Assembly (NCBI GenBank): GCA_030704615.1
Contig: CM060733.1
Span: forward strand, 27,900,001-27,964,000
Source of the DNA: Takakia lepidozioides
Taxonomy: Eukaryota > Plantae > Bryophyta
Reading direction: 5' to 3'
Length of the DNA stretch: 64,000 nucleotides
Shown: one piece after another, positions 12,691 through 26,340 of the stretch
Position numbering within the stretch: the stretch's first letter is position 1
Layout of the letters: the number at the start of each line of letters is the position of its first letter
Notes under the pieces: model-generated
What the model was told of the DNA's origin: nothing
The model's database searches: none
The model's input: only the letters and a program-made list of their open reading frames with translations
Made by a program: the position numbers and the translations under genes

Positions 12691-13395
12691 TCGGTTTCTC
12701 AAGTCACACTACACATGTAATTTGTAATTTGATTGGCATTTTCCGAGTCTGAGAAGTCTTATCTACTTTCTAAGAAAATCTTGGAGAACTTAGAAGGTCG
12801 TGATGAATTTACAAAAAACAATTTCATACATCAATTCAATGTCAAGTCAACCGTCATTGAGATTTGGGATTATCATTCAGATTCTTTTCTTTTGTAACAA
12901 AGTGGGTAAATGGTGTACTTATAAATCTATATTCGGGTACGTACTTGAAACTTGGGTGTGGGTAATGGGAAAAATTGCCCAAGGTTCAAAGAATGCAACC
13001 AATGAAGTTAAGCACTTGTACCTTTTGGGTGTCATCTTTAATCTCCAGCCTTTATGAACCTTTATTGAAAGTTGACGTGGGTCTTTTCTTGGTCTTCCCA
13101 GATTTGATTACTTCCAAAGCCATAAACAATTCACTTCTCCAACTTCAGATTGAATTTTAGTATCCTACTCATGTGACGTATTCTTGTTCTTCTGTACCCT
13201 ATATTAGTGCTGTAATTTAAAGCTTGATTGGAGCCCTTACAGGAAAGAGGGATAGGTGTAGTGTTTGAAAGAAAAAGAAGGACAGTTGGCCAAGTGAGCC
13301 TTCCAAGTGGACTTACTAGTAAGATTACTAGTAATTATCTAATATATATATATATATATATGTGTATGTTTGTAATTCATGTATTTCTTTTGACA

Positions 13396-13600
13396 GAGGC
13401 AGTGCTTAAGTCAATGAGGTTCAAGAACCGAGAAACAGAGTATCTCGTGAAATGGAAGGGCTATCATCATGTGGAGGCATCTTGGGTGGGTGTCTCAGAA
13501 ATGAGAAACGCATCCGAGGCGGTTGTAGCGTTCGAAGGGCGACCTCAAAAGCGGAAGAAACGTTGATGGGGACATCAACCTGGGATCTTGGGAGAGGAAA
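13396..13600 (+). mobile_element. Chromoviral Ty3/Gypsy 3' end: chromodomain plus purine tract
   Basis: EAVLKSMRFKNRETEYLVKWKGYHHVEASWV chromodomain, stop at 13566, then a PPT-like GGGAGAGGAAA before probable LTR sequence. Confidence 0.8.
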
Positions 13601-15131
13601 TGCATGCTTAGCCCGACTTAGCTAGTTCGGGAATCCGATTGCAAAAACTTGTGTTGTACAAATTTTGTTATAAATGGTTTCCAAATGTTGCGCCTCCTAT
13701 TTTGTTTGGAATGGTGATGCATGTTATGGTTGGCTAGTGTGTAGAATGCATGCTAGCTTACAAAAGTGGGAGAGGTAAATTGGATTAATCGTGTGTTTGC
13801 GTAGTGCCGAAATCGGGTGACTCCCATCCAAGGGGCAATGAAACTTGCGCCTTCCTTGGAAGTTCAGGTGCTAGTGCACACCTGGCGCGTGCGCGTACTA
13901 TAACTGCGCTACCGAGGGGGTTGCCTTGTAGTGCGGGCTAACGCGGAAGCTACGTGCTTCCGTTCACGTACTATAATCGTGTAGCCTCGGCGAAGTCGTA
14001 GTGCGGCTTTGGCGTGTTCCCGTACCTCAGGCCAGCATTCCAAGGCGGACCCAATTGTAGTGATTGGGGCACATGGTTAGTTCAAGGTTATTTTCCTAGT
14101 AAAAAAGGGTTCAAGGTGAACCCTTGCTCAAGATGATGCCAAAAGCGGCATCATGAGTGATCGCAAGCAATGTTGTTGCAGTAAGGCGATTCAATCCTCG
14201 GGGAAGATCGTTCCTTGGCCTTGAAGTAGGCCAAGAAGAGTGCACTGGGTGGGGCTTGAGAGGCTCCACCGTTGGCCGGGACTTGGAGGAAGTCGGCCGA
14301 ACTAGCTAGTGGAGAGTAGAGTCAAGTGTGGGGGTTGGTTCTTTGCCATGGGACGCCATGGTATGGAAACAAACTCCTTGATGTGGGATGCCACAACTTG
14401 GATGTTTGTTTATACAAAATAGACAAGTCGATGAGGACATCGACTCCCTATTGGTAGGGGTGTGTGTCGTGGCCCTTTGCATTGAGGGCAGGGGGTCGGG
14501 ACACAGGAGGGGCTGCCCTTGTGGTGGGGGCAGTGGCAGCGATAAGTACGGGGGGCTGAAGCACCCTTGAGTGCCCAAGGCACTCGAGGAGGCGGAGGCG
14601 CTAACTAGGTGGAGCCCTGCACACCGGGTTGCGGTGGGGGTGGCTCCACAAGGGGTGGTGGTAGCTTAGCGGGACTTAGTGGGGGTGGCATAGGACGGTG
14701 GGGCGGAGACCTTGTGGTGGGAATCGTGGGGAGTCTTGGGACTCATCACGGTCCAATGGGGCCATGGTGGGTGGGCCAAGACTCACCGCGAATCATCACC
14801 GGGAATCGAGGGTCTTCGTGGTGGTTCGCCATAAAATGGCATGGTTGTTTGTGAAACCCCCGCGGACAGTCACAGAAGTATATATAGGGAGTAGTAACCC
14901 CGATAACGGTGCAAGCCCGTTGGTGACAAAAAACTAGTGAGTAAGCGAGCGGGCCGAAGAGTGAGCAAGGAGTGGGGAGCTATTCCGGACTGCCATATAC
15001 TAAAGGGAATTTACACTAGGCCCAAATAGGTGGATGGTCTTTTGGAAGAGGGAAGGAGGACCATTATGTCCCGGTGAGCAGCCAAAGCTCCAAGTTGGCC
15101 CGGTGGCCAGGTTGGGAGTTAGGCGCGTGCA

Positions 15132-15490
15132 TCAAAGCGAGGAACTATGACTTGAAGGGGAGCTTACCGAAGTGAGGTGTACGACAATCTGCTTCACTAC
15201 GGAATTCACTCTTTCCGTTTGGCCGTCCGTCGTAGGTCGGAAGGCGGTGCTCATCTTTAGCCTCGTCCCCATCTTTTTCCAGAATGCCCTCCAAAATTTA
15301 CTCGCAAACTTTGGATCGCGGTCCGTGACAATATCCTTCGGGAGTCCATGATGCTTGAAGACGTGGGCGAAGTAAAGTCGCCCCGTCTCCTGCGCCGTTG
15401 CCGTCTCCTTAATGGGGATGAAATGGCCCATTTTACTGAACCTATCCACCACCACCATGATCGCATCGAATCCTTTTGACAGCGACATAA
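15132..15490 (-). mobile_element. Ty3/Gypsy integrase core fragment
   Basis: GFDAIMVVVDRFSKMGHFIP; HGLPKDIVTDRDPKFASKFW; MSTAFRPTTDGQTERVN. Confidence 0.9.
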
Positions 15491-15900
15491 CATTTTTTGT
15501 GGTTTTTTAAGAAGGACAACAGTTGTGTATGCGTAGACTCAATTCCAATCTCCTGGTAGGGGCTCCGATCCAACCTCTTCAGCATCCCCTGAGTTCGAGA
15601 GATCCGATGTGAATTGGAAGCACATCAAGCCCTCTGCAACGGCCAGGCTTAGCTTCTTCAGATAGTCTGTTGCTATTTAGTGCTATTCGTGCCAACCGCT
15701 TAGGCTCTGTCTATGTGGCTCTGTTTGTCTAGGTCTTCTTCTCGTTCCCTACTTCCCCAGTCTCCTGGCAATCCTTCGTCTGTTCTTCAGGGCCACATAA
15801 CATGAGTCTCTGAGTTATGGTTACTCGACCAAGTTAATTCTCCGTTGCAGGCCACAAGTCTGGTAGGATCGCTCTTGCTGCTTGTGAGAGGTTATTTTCC

Positions 15901-17491
15901 GAAGGTAGCTACTGTGTGAGTAGTTCACGTGAGCACGTTCACGCTTTAAGTGGTAAACGTGAGCATAATCCCTTAAGCGTGAGCAGATTGCAAGCGTGAG
16001 CAGATTAGTGAATGAGAACCTACAACTGAGGGAAGAAGATGGCCTATTGCCATGGACAAAAACTACACTGCACGGACGCAATCTCCACCCCATCCGACGG
16101 AAGAATCCTTGTTGGGTGACGACCATATGGTACGAATATGTGATGAAAAGCTGTCGGATGAATGGTTTTGAGATGAATGAAAACATGAACAATGTTGGAT
16201 GACTTTTAGATGAAAGTGAGCGACATGAATGAACCATGGTGCATGTGCAGGTGCTCGGGATTAAGGTGTCGTCAACGACATCTTAATTCCCAGTACGAGT
16301 TGGCACATGACAGCTTACGGAAAAACCAAAATCCCCGAATTTTTTTTCCCAAAAACATTACCAAAAAAATTTCAACCCAAAAAACTTTCGAGGTGAAGAA
16401 GCCTTGGCGGTAAGGCGGTGTGTGTGCAGGTGGTGGAAATTAAGGTGTCGTCAATCAACGACATCTTAATTCCCAGAAAGTTTTCAAAAAAATAATAATC
16501 TGTTTTTGGTTTTTTGAATTTTTTTTCCTCTCGTTTGTGCCAGATTAAGGTGTCGTCAACGCCATCTTAATTCCCAGCAAGTTTTCAAAAAAACAAAAAC
16601 AAAAACCGTTTTTTTTTGTTTTTTTTTTGTTTTTTTTCCCTTGAATGTGCCAGATTAAGGTGTCGTCAATGACATCTTAATTCCCAGTTGGCACATGACA
16701 ATTCATGGAAAAACCAAAAACCCTAAAAAAATCACCCAAAAAATTTCAACCCAGAAAAATCTGATGGCGAACAGCCTTGGCGGTAAGACGGTGTGTGTGC
16801 AGGTGTTGGGGATTAATGTGTCATCAACGACATCTTAATTCCCAGTACGAGTTGGCCCATGACAATTCATGGAAAAACCAAAAACCCCAAAAAAATTCAT
16901 CCAAAAAATTTCAACCCACAAAAATCTAATGGCGAACAAGCCTGGGCGGTAAGGCGGTGTGTGTGCAGGTGCTGGGGATTAAGGTGTCGTCAACGACATC
17001 TTAATTCCCAGTACGTGTTTTGAAATGTTTATTTATAAAACACGAGTTCACCTCTCTGCCTTCTTTAGATTTGGGTGTGAGCATTTCTCTCAACCTTGGA
17101 TACCTGGGAAAATGACAAGTAACCCCTCCTCAATCCATAAAGCAATGTGGATTCATTGTTGGCAATATACACTGCACTTTCACAATGGATTTGCAAGCAA
17201 GACTAACATAAAGGATTTCGGAGCTACTACTACAAAACAACTTTGTATTATTTCATTTATTTCATTCATCCATGTCTCATTCATCATACAGACATTCATC
17301 CGCCATTCATCCCTCATTCATCCCAGCAGCATCCATAACCGAGCTTGTAATACTGGCCACTATGCGCAATAATAGGTCTTCTAAGTCGAGTAGGTGTCCG
17401 CGGATATAGGTGGGCAGATCCTGAAGCATGAGCAGATTTCTGCTCACGGATTTTTCTACTCGCGGGATCTGCTCACAGAATAGCATCCCCC
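15901..17491. mobile_element. Non-autonomous Mutator-like element with degenerate TIRs
   Basis: 10-bp direct repeat GTTATTTTCC at 15891-15900 and 17492-17501. Ends GAAGGTAGCTACTGTGTGAG and (reverse complement) GGGGGATGCTATTCTGTGAG match the two ends of the 53778-60996 element. Inverted GATGAA/TTCATC subterminal tracts. Confidence 0.8.
16255..17015. repeat. Array of six palindromic repeats inside the MULE
   Basis: ATTAAGGTGTCGT-CA-ACGACATCTTAAT(TCCCAG) at ~16260, 16439, 16544, 16653, 16812 and 16978. Confidence 0.9.
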
Positions 17492-17989
17492 GTTATTTTC
17501 CAAATATATGTTCGTCCCGTTCTGTTTACTGATCTAGAGTTATCCAGCATGGCCCACCGTGAGTCAAGCCTTATGGCAGCCTTCGGGCATTCAAAGGGTT
17601 TAATTGTTTCCCTTTAAATAATCATTTTCGGGGGCCATGAAGACAATACATTTGGGATACGGTGCCCGTGACCAGAGTTCACAGACGACATCAGATCCAT
17701 TATGTCCAGAATTCATATTGACCTAATGACTGAGGGAAAGAAGGATTGGGGGGTGCTTCTTGCAAATTTTTGCAGATGTTCAAAGACTAGGAGGCAAAAA
17801 GCTTCTCCAACATTTTGATATCTCATGGGAAAAGGACAACATCCTCCGCACAAGGGTTGCCAGACACGAGCATTTTTGGGCACAACTCTCTCCTCTCAGC
17901 ATGGGAGCCTACTGGGTGGCATGGAGGATGGAGAGGTCAATTGGAGGCACCGCAAAATCCATCCCCTAAAGAGCAATGCCCAGCCTGAT

Positions 17990-19370
17990 TTTGGGGCCTA
18001 ATTTTTGTTGTCTATTTTCTCTGTCTTGCTGCCCTCTGCTTCTTTCTTTTTTCCTCTTAAATTAGTTGCCTCCTCTTTTCAAGCTTCTTTATCCGGGCTG
18101 TAGCCAAGCTCTAGTTTACTTGTGCTTCACCTTAGCTCTCTGCTCTCTCACTGGGCTACCTCTTCTGTAAGAAGAAACACTTGAGGAGATTTCCGAATCT
18201 GCCATAAAGAGAGAACCCGCAGAGAAACCCAGACTGGGTATGAAGACCAAATATCCTCATTGAGAACATTTAGTATAGCAAGATGAGGATTGCCAAAAGA
18301 GAGGGCGCCGCCAAGGGGAGTAGAAATCGTTCATCAAGTGCTAGACTGTTGTTGCGCGAGGCTAGGAAAAAAGACAGTGCTCAATGGTCTCAGTAGAGAG
18401 AGGAGAGCAGAAAAGGCAGACAGGGCAAGGGGGTAGATGGTTCGGGCCACAGAGAGGATCTTATTTAAAAAAATTCCTAGAAACATTGATCCCGGCAGAT
18501 CGGTCTTTCCTCCACACATCCTTCCACATCTGAGACCAAACACCATCTAGGAGCCCATGGCCAATTTTTGTTCCAAACAGCAGATCGCTGCTCAAGCCTA
18601 ATTAACCAATCTTCGCAGTATAGCAAAAAAAAAAAGGAACAATTATTCTCCATCCATGTCTATTCCCTAGGATCAAATTACAAAGTCAAGAACAAAAGCA
18701 CATGCATCTCAAATGAACAAACGAAGCCAAGCGGCTAGCCGCTACATCCCCATCAGGGGGGAAATGGGTTAATCTTCCCAGTTAGGAAATTGTTGACTAT
18801 GATGTCTTCTAAACCATGACAATCAATGCTGACAAGTCCCAGGGGGACGAGCTCACCTTGGCCAACAGCCCTGAAGGCAAGACCACAAGCTTTGTCTCCC
18901 TGAAAAGTTTGGGTCAGCACAACCTGGAAAAGGAGATGCAAGGGGCAAGATTTCCACGATGGCGGGGGAGCCTGGAGAGGGCCCAAGCTGAGGAATTGGA
19001 GCAAAGAGGGAGAAAGATCTGAGGAGATGCTCCAACTGCTGGAGACCCTCATAGAACCAACGAGATCACTTAGCAGAGACTGTGAAAGAAATGAGCCATA
19101 ATTTTGCCACATCGATGACATGTGATACTCCAGCTGCTTCCCAAGAAGCCCTGCATTTCTTAGAGAGGAGGGCTAGAGGCTTGGAATCAAGGTTCAGATT
19201 CCTAAATAGCGGTTGTCGAAGAGCTTCAGCATAATTAGAGGGCATTCGTTGGGTCAGAAAAGAACGCATCTCCAAGCCACCCAGATAAATTTCGAAGCCT
19301 CAGAGCCATAAATAGAGGATCTAGAAGCACCTTGAATGATATAGCATAAAGAAGGGCCCATAGCGGAGAG
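17990..19370 (-). mobile_element. L1-type LINE ORF2 C-terminal remnant (zf-RVT region)
   Basis: Minus frames give RQPLFRNLNL, WSQMWKDVWRK, CPVCLFCSPLSTETIEHCLFS*PRA and WVSLRVLSLWQIRKS; multiple stops and frameshifts. Confidence 0.65.
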
Positions 19371-20417
19371 TTGACAGGGGAGTAGTGGATAAGTTGGGGC
19401 TTGCCTTTCACTGCAGACCGTGCGGGGCGTTCCTTAGTAGGTAACTTAAATTAGTAGTAAGGACGAGGAGTTGTCAAATGATTGAAGAATCCTGCGTGAT
19501 TTTTAATGGGGTTGCTAGAAGCATGCGAACTAGCGAGATCGCCAATGAGTGGTGCTAATTAGGCAGTGCGAGGCCACAGGCAGTGAGATAGCGTTGCACT
19601 ACCACCGCACGATCATAGCCTCGAGCTACGGGTTATGTCGTTGGCTCGTGAGAAAAAGATATTTATGTCTAACTTTCGGACCATGATATTTAGATCTTGC
19701 ATATTTCTATTGTTAGAACAAATGAAGCTTCGAATGATACTTAGTTAGTACTTGGGTTGGTGGGAGGTCTTTTCCATTTATGTGAGGTTGTGGTGGAGAC
19801 TACTAGAGTTTTTCAACTCCTCTTCACATTATTCTTTTCTTTATTCAAACCTGGGAGCCTTGAGGAGGGGGGGAAAAATTAACCCTCTTTCAGATAACCC
19901 ATTAGGCACACATTCTAATTCTAATCTAGTATTCTAGATACTTAATTGATACTTAATTTTTTCTTTTCTTTTTTCCCAATGAAACACCTGCCTTCCCTTT
20001 TTAGTTTGTGGACTTCATATAATTGGCTTTGTGCCTTAAAGACTTTTGCATCACGTTGAAGTCAATGGAGAACATATGGTCAACTAATCTTAGATTGTTA
20101 TTGGTCTAAAATATCTGTTACATGTGATGAACTAATTTTATACCATGTCAAGACCGTACTGGTCAAAATTATCAACTAACTTTACACTGTGTCAAGAGTG
20201 TGATTGGCCTAAAAAATAGATTATTTTGAGAACATGCCAAAATTCTAATTAGTTAAAAAGCTTTTACAAGTGTAAGCTAATTTTAAACTACGTACGGTCA
20301 ATCTATTCCCATTTTTATTTCAACACAGATATCATCCCCCTTCAATTAACCTCCCCTCTCTTTTGCCCCACCCAGGCAGTGGGCAACCGGGTAGCAATGA
20401 AATATCCAAGTTAAGAC

Positions 20418-20894
20418 CAGTGTTGGGCGGATATAGAGTCATCAGAATATCAATAGTAGGATATCAACCCAGATATCAATGTATCCAGACCCGGATCCGG
20501 CAACTATTTGATATCCGGCTATTATTCATATCCTGCGGATACATAAAACGGAGGATCCGGATAGGATCCTACCCGCCGGATATAAAAAGGTTTAATAACC
20601 GGATTGTATCCGGATATGTAGCCAAAATACTGGATCTCAACCGGATACAATAAAATAAAATAAAATAAAATAGTTTATTATGATGTTAATAATTTAAATT
20701 GATTAAATTTTTAAAAAAAAATTGCGAGTAAATCTTAATAAAGTTAAATCTGGGCTACAATGTACAATCCGCCCTTTTTTTTAAAAACAAATCGTGATTA
20801 TTTATATCCGGATCGGGAGGATATATCATTCTCTAATTTGTCAAGTATCCGGACCCGGCGGATATTAAAAAACACTAAGAACCGCCCAACATTG
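20418..20894. mobile_element. hAT-type MITE
   Basis: TIR CAGTGTTGGGCGG / CCGCCCAACATTG, perfect 8-bp TSD GTTAAGAC (20410-20417 and 20895-20902), ATCCGGAT-rich subterminal repeats. Confidence 0.9.
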
Positions 20895-22606
20895 GTTAAG
20901 ACATGGGGTAACGGCTGCCAACCCTCAAACCAATCGCTAAAACTAGCTATTTCTTTTTAAATAGAAAGGGCGAAATAAGTCTTTATTGAAAAACCTATAA
21001 AGGAAAGAAATTAAGACAGATTATATATTATATATTTTATTATTATTATTTAAGTAACAGGGGACCGAGGCCCTGGTTATTTTATTCAATTTCAAAAGGC
21101 AGAACCGAAGGTTCGAGAAGTACAAGAGGAAAAACTAACCTCTACCATGAGTGCCATGGAGGCTGACCCAGGAAGACATAGCTTCGTGACCAATTATATG
21201 TTATTTAAGGCACTCTCGTAATGTCTCAACTATAAACCTCTATTTTGGCTTAGCAAGTGATCTGCATCTTAAAAATTAATTTCCATACTTGATGAGTACA
21301 TTTATGATAAAATATTAAAACTCCCATGTTGCAAAAGATAATAATAAATAAGAAGTCTCGAGTCTCGAGTTAAGCCTTTCTATGAATGCTCACTGCCATA
21401 TTATAGTGTGGTTCATACGGATGATTTTCATCCACATCCTAGTTTCATCCCTCATTATAGTGTCTTCCAGGTTTGCTTTCCATCCCCGGCAGGAGCGTTT
21501 CCATCCATAAAAGAGAGGGTTAAACTCATCCACTTGGTCATGGCGGTCTTGACTCTTCACAACCTTGAGAGTGAGGGGATCAAATAGCCTGTAAGGAGGT
21601 AGTTCCGTCACATGTCTGTAAGGACCTTTGACTTCATCCAACAAGAGCCGTGCAAGATAAGATGGAAGGACATGATGTCAAATCTGAGGTACTGCTCACT
21701 GTGATAATGACCGACTGAGTAGAGGAAGTGTAAGCAGTGTTGTTTTTTGACAGGTAGCCCCTACCTTTTTTGTGACAGGTTAAATTGTTTTTTACTTTCA
21801 CTGTGACATACGACTTTGAGAAAATTCCTTTACATGACAGGTTGACAGATTTTTGACCTTTCACACAATTTTGTCATATGAAATTGAAACGAAAAATGAA
21901 AAGAAGTGTGAATTTAAAAAAACAAAAAAAACAAATAAAATGTGAACTTCTTACAACTACAATTAGTGAAGCTCCAGTCCTTGAATACATATGGTATTGT
22001 CTTTACTATTTTCATGGGTTCCAACCCATACATGTAGCATTTGTACCACTTATTCTCTAACTATAAGACTTTAGCATTTCATACGTAGTTCCCCGCTCTC
22101 TTTTTTGAGAGAGATTCTCTTGGCTTATCAATGAGCTAGGAATACAATATGCCAGTTGATTGTAAGTTAAGATTTTGAGTCATGCAGGATGGCCGTGTCG
22201 AATTAGGTGCAGTGGTTTGAATATGGCACCTCCTCCACAACAAATGCTTTTGAAACATGATCAGGAGAGGGACTCAAGAAGAATTTTTCTGGCACTGCTC
22301 TCTGGCTGTGGGTACACGATTTGAACCAGCAATTCATTTTGGCCGCCAGACTCCAGTACTTAATTGTGCATTTTACAAAGGTGTATCAAGAGTAAAGACC
22401 TAGAAACAAGAAAGCAAGTGCATGCCCACATTATCCAAAATGGATATTTCCAAATATCTGTCTATTCAACACCTGGTCTCCAAAAAAAAAAAAAAAAAAA
22501 AAAGAACTAAGAATGGAGGCTGGAGCACGCACAGGAAACAAAGAGGGAGAGCCTAAGTAAGCTGAGAGGTTTAAGGCTTGAAACACAAAGAAGGGCAGTT
22601 GGCAGT

Positions 22607-22873
22607 CAGCGTTTTTTCTATAGGCAAATTTTCGCCAGATTTCGACCTCAGAAAATAAAGGAATATTCTGTCAAAAGTCCCATGTTTTTCATGGATGAAA
22701 TTTATTTCTCCAAATAAAAATAAATTATGGATGCATTTGCCAAATATGGATGATATATATGGATTATGGTACAGAAGTGGATGATTTCAGTGGATGAACA
22801 GAATGTACTGCTATTTTCTGCAAAACTCAGTAGCCACTCGTGCTGTTTTCCAAATTTCCTAAGACAAACACTG
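22607..22873. mobile_element. hAT-type MITE (same family as 12203-12452, inverted)
   Basis: CAGCGTTTT...AAACACTG ends, TSD TTGGCAGT/CTGGCAGT (7/8 match), internal sequence reverse-complementary to 12203-12452. Confidence 0.8.
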
Positions 22874-23667
22874 CTGGCAGTGCTCGGTGAGGCTCCCCTA
22901 GGTGGACTTACTAGTAAGATTAACAAAAACTACTAACAATTTGTACCTTTTTTAGCCTCTCCTAGCCTCTAGGTGGACTTACTAATAAAATAGCTAATAA
23001 CTATCAGTAATCTCTGCAGATTTTCTATTCATTTGTAGCTTTCAGGCTTTGTGAGCCTCTCCTAGGTGGACTTAGTAATCTAATTACCCCTAATTATCAG
23101 AAATTTCTGCCTTTCTTTTGACAGGCTATTTTTTTTCTGACTTTCACTGTGACAGGCATTTTTTTCTCATTGCCTTTCTTTTGACAGGCTCTTTTTTTTT
23201 TTGGCCTTTTTTTGCCTGTCAAATGCCTTGTGACAGGTGCAAAAATCAGCTATGAGTGTAAGGCCCTACATAAAGTGTGCATTACACGGCAGTGGGTCTG
23301 CAACCGACCATGCCTTCACTGTCACACACTGACCCACATCTCACATTATTTTATGTCAATACCAACATTTTGGCTCAAATAACTACATAAATTACCTCTA
23401 TCCAGGTAGTTTCATATCACCCATTTATAGATAGTTCGACTAATTTTGATGTCAGTGGTCCCTAGTTCATTCATAACTCGCAGGTTGCGCGTGGATGGGA
23501 AAAAGGTGCCAATCGGGTGCCACCTTGGGAAATCCCCCTGCCACTGGCAGTCCGTACTGCTCACGGGCTCCGGCACTACGCCGGGAGGTACCCGCCGGGC
23601 ACAATCAAATTAATATTTGATTGACTTACTAATTGGGAACATATCTTTATATAAGGCACCTTAGTAC

Positions 23668-24343
23668 CATAGGGGGATAGCCGGTTAGGCACTTGCCTGC
23701 CTAATAATTATTTTTGGGGCAATTTGGCAGTTAGGCACTTTTGAGAATTCTTTTCAAATTAGGCAACTAAAAATAATGATCACAAAAATAAAAATAAAAA
23801 TACATAAAAATACAGCCGTTACCATGGATGAAAATTGAAAACTGAGTCCATGGATGTGTTTTAAATAAAAACTCAGCCGCTGCCTATCACCTACGGACCC
23901 ACTGCCTTAGCAGCTTTCCTCCGCCCTTCTTGTTATGGAAGATGTCCATGATATCTATCTTGATCCCAGTGTAGTTCATAGCATGAGTAGATGTTTGACA
24001 AATTTGCATATTGTAGACGAAGAGCTTCCTAATCTCAATGATAGTTCAGAGTCCGAATGAGCTTTGATACGAGGCTAACGATGATGAGATAGTTGAGTCA
24101 ATGGAAGGACCTATGTATCTGGAGCTAATATAAGCATCAAATAGTATGAGGTAAGAAAAAACTGGATCCCATTTTTAGATTTTTGTTTTCTATTTTTTAT
24201 GTTTTTCTAATCTAAATTCATGTTTTTATACCATTAGGCATTTTTAGAGTTTTTTTGAAAATTAGGCACTCTTGTCAAAAATAATTTATTTTGATTGGGC
24301 ACTTTTTTTTTGAATTAATTTCTGCCTAACCGGCTGTCCCACT
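23668..24343. mobile_element. TIR element / MITE (probably hAT-derived)
   Basis: Inverted ends GGGATAGCCGGTTAGGCA / TGCCTAACCGGCTGTCCC, with CTTAGTAC on both flanks and internal TTAGGCA subterminal repeats. Confidence 0.7.
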
Positions 24344-24809
24344 TAGTACGGTACGTACCCCAATCCTTCCAAAAAAAGATATCAAGCAAAGAAAATTGGA
24401 CATCTAACAAGCAGTCTATAGCCTGCTGGCCCACCTCATACATATATAGTGACATGGGACCAACAGTCAGTAGTTCAGTTGCCACTCAGATGATTTTGGG
24501 GTCAAATACTGCTACCTTGTGGTATGTTTGTCTCCCCCTTCCTTTGGGCGAGTGATTCCCTTGGCAGTGTCCCACGTCAAAGCCTTCACGGCGAGGTTAC
24601 TGCCGGTATTGACGTATTGTCGTATTGACATATAGGTACAAAGGGTGGACCTCGGTCTTTCCTGAATTTTCCACCACTGACCTCGGGCAAATACTCGGAT
24701 CTGGCGTGTATCATAAAACTATGAGGTTGGGTAGCGTGTGAGCAGATAGGCATGCTCCATAGATTCTCAAAATATCCTGTGAATATCACGCCACCCAAAT
24801 ACGAAACTA

Positions 24810-25215
24810 CTGAAAATTTTGTGCTCACGCGAAACTATCCTTTTTTTCTTAGTTGTTGTTTTGTTTTTGTTTTTTTCTTAATAGGGAACAGGGGACAGTG
24901 GCCCTGTGAGGAACTTTAAAAAAACAATTATTATTAAATTGTTTCATGATATTCTCTTTTGGAACTTATTATATCTCATACGAAACTGTTTGTGCTCGCG
25001 TGAGCACAGATTTTATTGTTTTGTTTTCTCTTTTCTGATATTCTCTTTGGAATTATTTCACAAACGATGCTGTTTGTGCTCGCCTGAGCACTGACTTTGA
25101 ATTAGTTTCGCTCACGAAATTATATATATATTTTGATATTCTCTTTTGGGAATTATTTCGCAAACAAAACTGTTTGTGCTCACATGAGCACAGATTTTGA
25201 ATTAGTTTTGCTGGA
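24810..25215. repeat. Short tandem array (~85-100 bp units) with palindromic GTGCTC(G/A)C(G/C/A)TGAGCAC core
   Basis: CTGTTTGTGCTC.C.TGAGCAC at ~24986, 25070 and 25170, plus a partial copy at ~24820. Confidence 0.75.
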
Positions 25216-25806
25216 ACTATATATATAAATGTAAAGCCTCAAAATTTTATAGATAATGGACCCAAATGTCCGAGAATCACAAAGGGAAATTGATAACATG
25301 TGGGACAGCTATTTATAAATTTTAATATAAATTCAGGGTTTTGCTATTAGATATGTATGTTTACATAGGATTTTACGTAGCAGTAGCCCTATGGGGTCAA
25401 GTGACATCATAAGTTACGCTTGCTTCGGCAACACGTCCACCTTTTTTTTTTTTTTTCCTCATAAGATTTTAGGTTAAATATATTGATAGACCATGTAACC
25501 GACCCTATTAACGTAGCAATATTCTATGTTCAAGTATGACTTCTATTTCGTTTGTAAACATATCTCCCCAATAACTGTGGATTCTGGTCACCCCGGAATT
25601 TCCCCCCTGCTCACGCCGTTTCTGCTTACCCTGTGCTCATGCCATACCAATCCCCTAAAACTATTGACCGACAAATAACCAGAACCGAATGTATCCTAAA
25701 ATAGGGCCAATACTCCGAACCGGCCGGTATCATAAATCTATTATCCGGCCAATAACCGGAACCGGACATATCATAAAATACGGTGAATATTCGGAACCGG
25801 CATGTA

Positions 25807-26340
25807 TCATAAAACTATTGACGCTCGGAAGGGGCGTGTACCACAGAACTAGTAACCGGCCAATAATAGGAACCGGAGGTATCATAAAATAGCTGGTGAC
25901 TACTCCAACTGGTGTTTATCATAAAACTATTGACCGGCAAAACAATAGGGTGAATGCTCGGAAGGGGCGTGTACCACAGAACTAGTAACCGGCCAATAAT
26001 AGGAACCGGAGGTATCATAAAATAGCTGGTGACTACTCCAACTGGTGTTTATCATAAAACTATTGACCGGCAAAACAATAGGGTGAATGCTCGGAAGGGG
26101 CGTGTACCACAGAACTAGTAACCGGCCAATAATAGGAACCGGAGGTATCATAAAATAGCTGGTGACTACTCCAACTGGTGTTTATCATAAAACTATTGAC
26201 CGGCAAAACAATAGGGTGAATGCTCGGAACGGGCGTGTACCACAGAACTAGTAACCGGCCAATAATAGGAACCGGAGGTATCATAAAATAGCTGGTGACT
26301 ACTCCAACCGGTGTTTATCATAAAACTATTAACCGCCGAT
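25807..26340. repeat. 133-bp tandem repeat, ~4 near-identical units, with degenerate flanking sub-repeats
   Basis: ATCATAAAACTATT at 25918, 26051, 26184 and 26317 (period 133); a shorter first unit begins at 25807. Confidence 0.95.

Noticed and set aside
16255-17015. CRISPR-like array
   Set aside because: Spacers are irregular and mutually similar, and the array lies inside a TSD-bounded MULE.
25815-26284. Repeated 67-74-aa ORFs
   Set aside because: Artefacts of the 133-bp tandem repeat.
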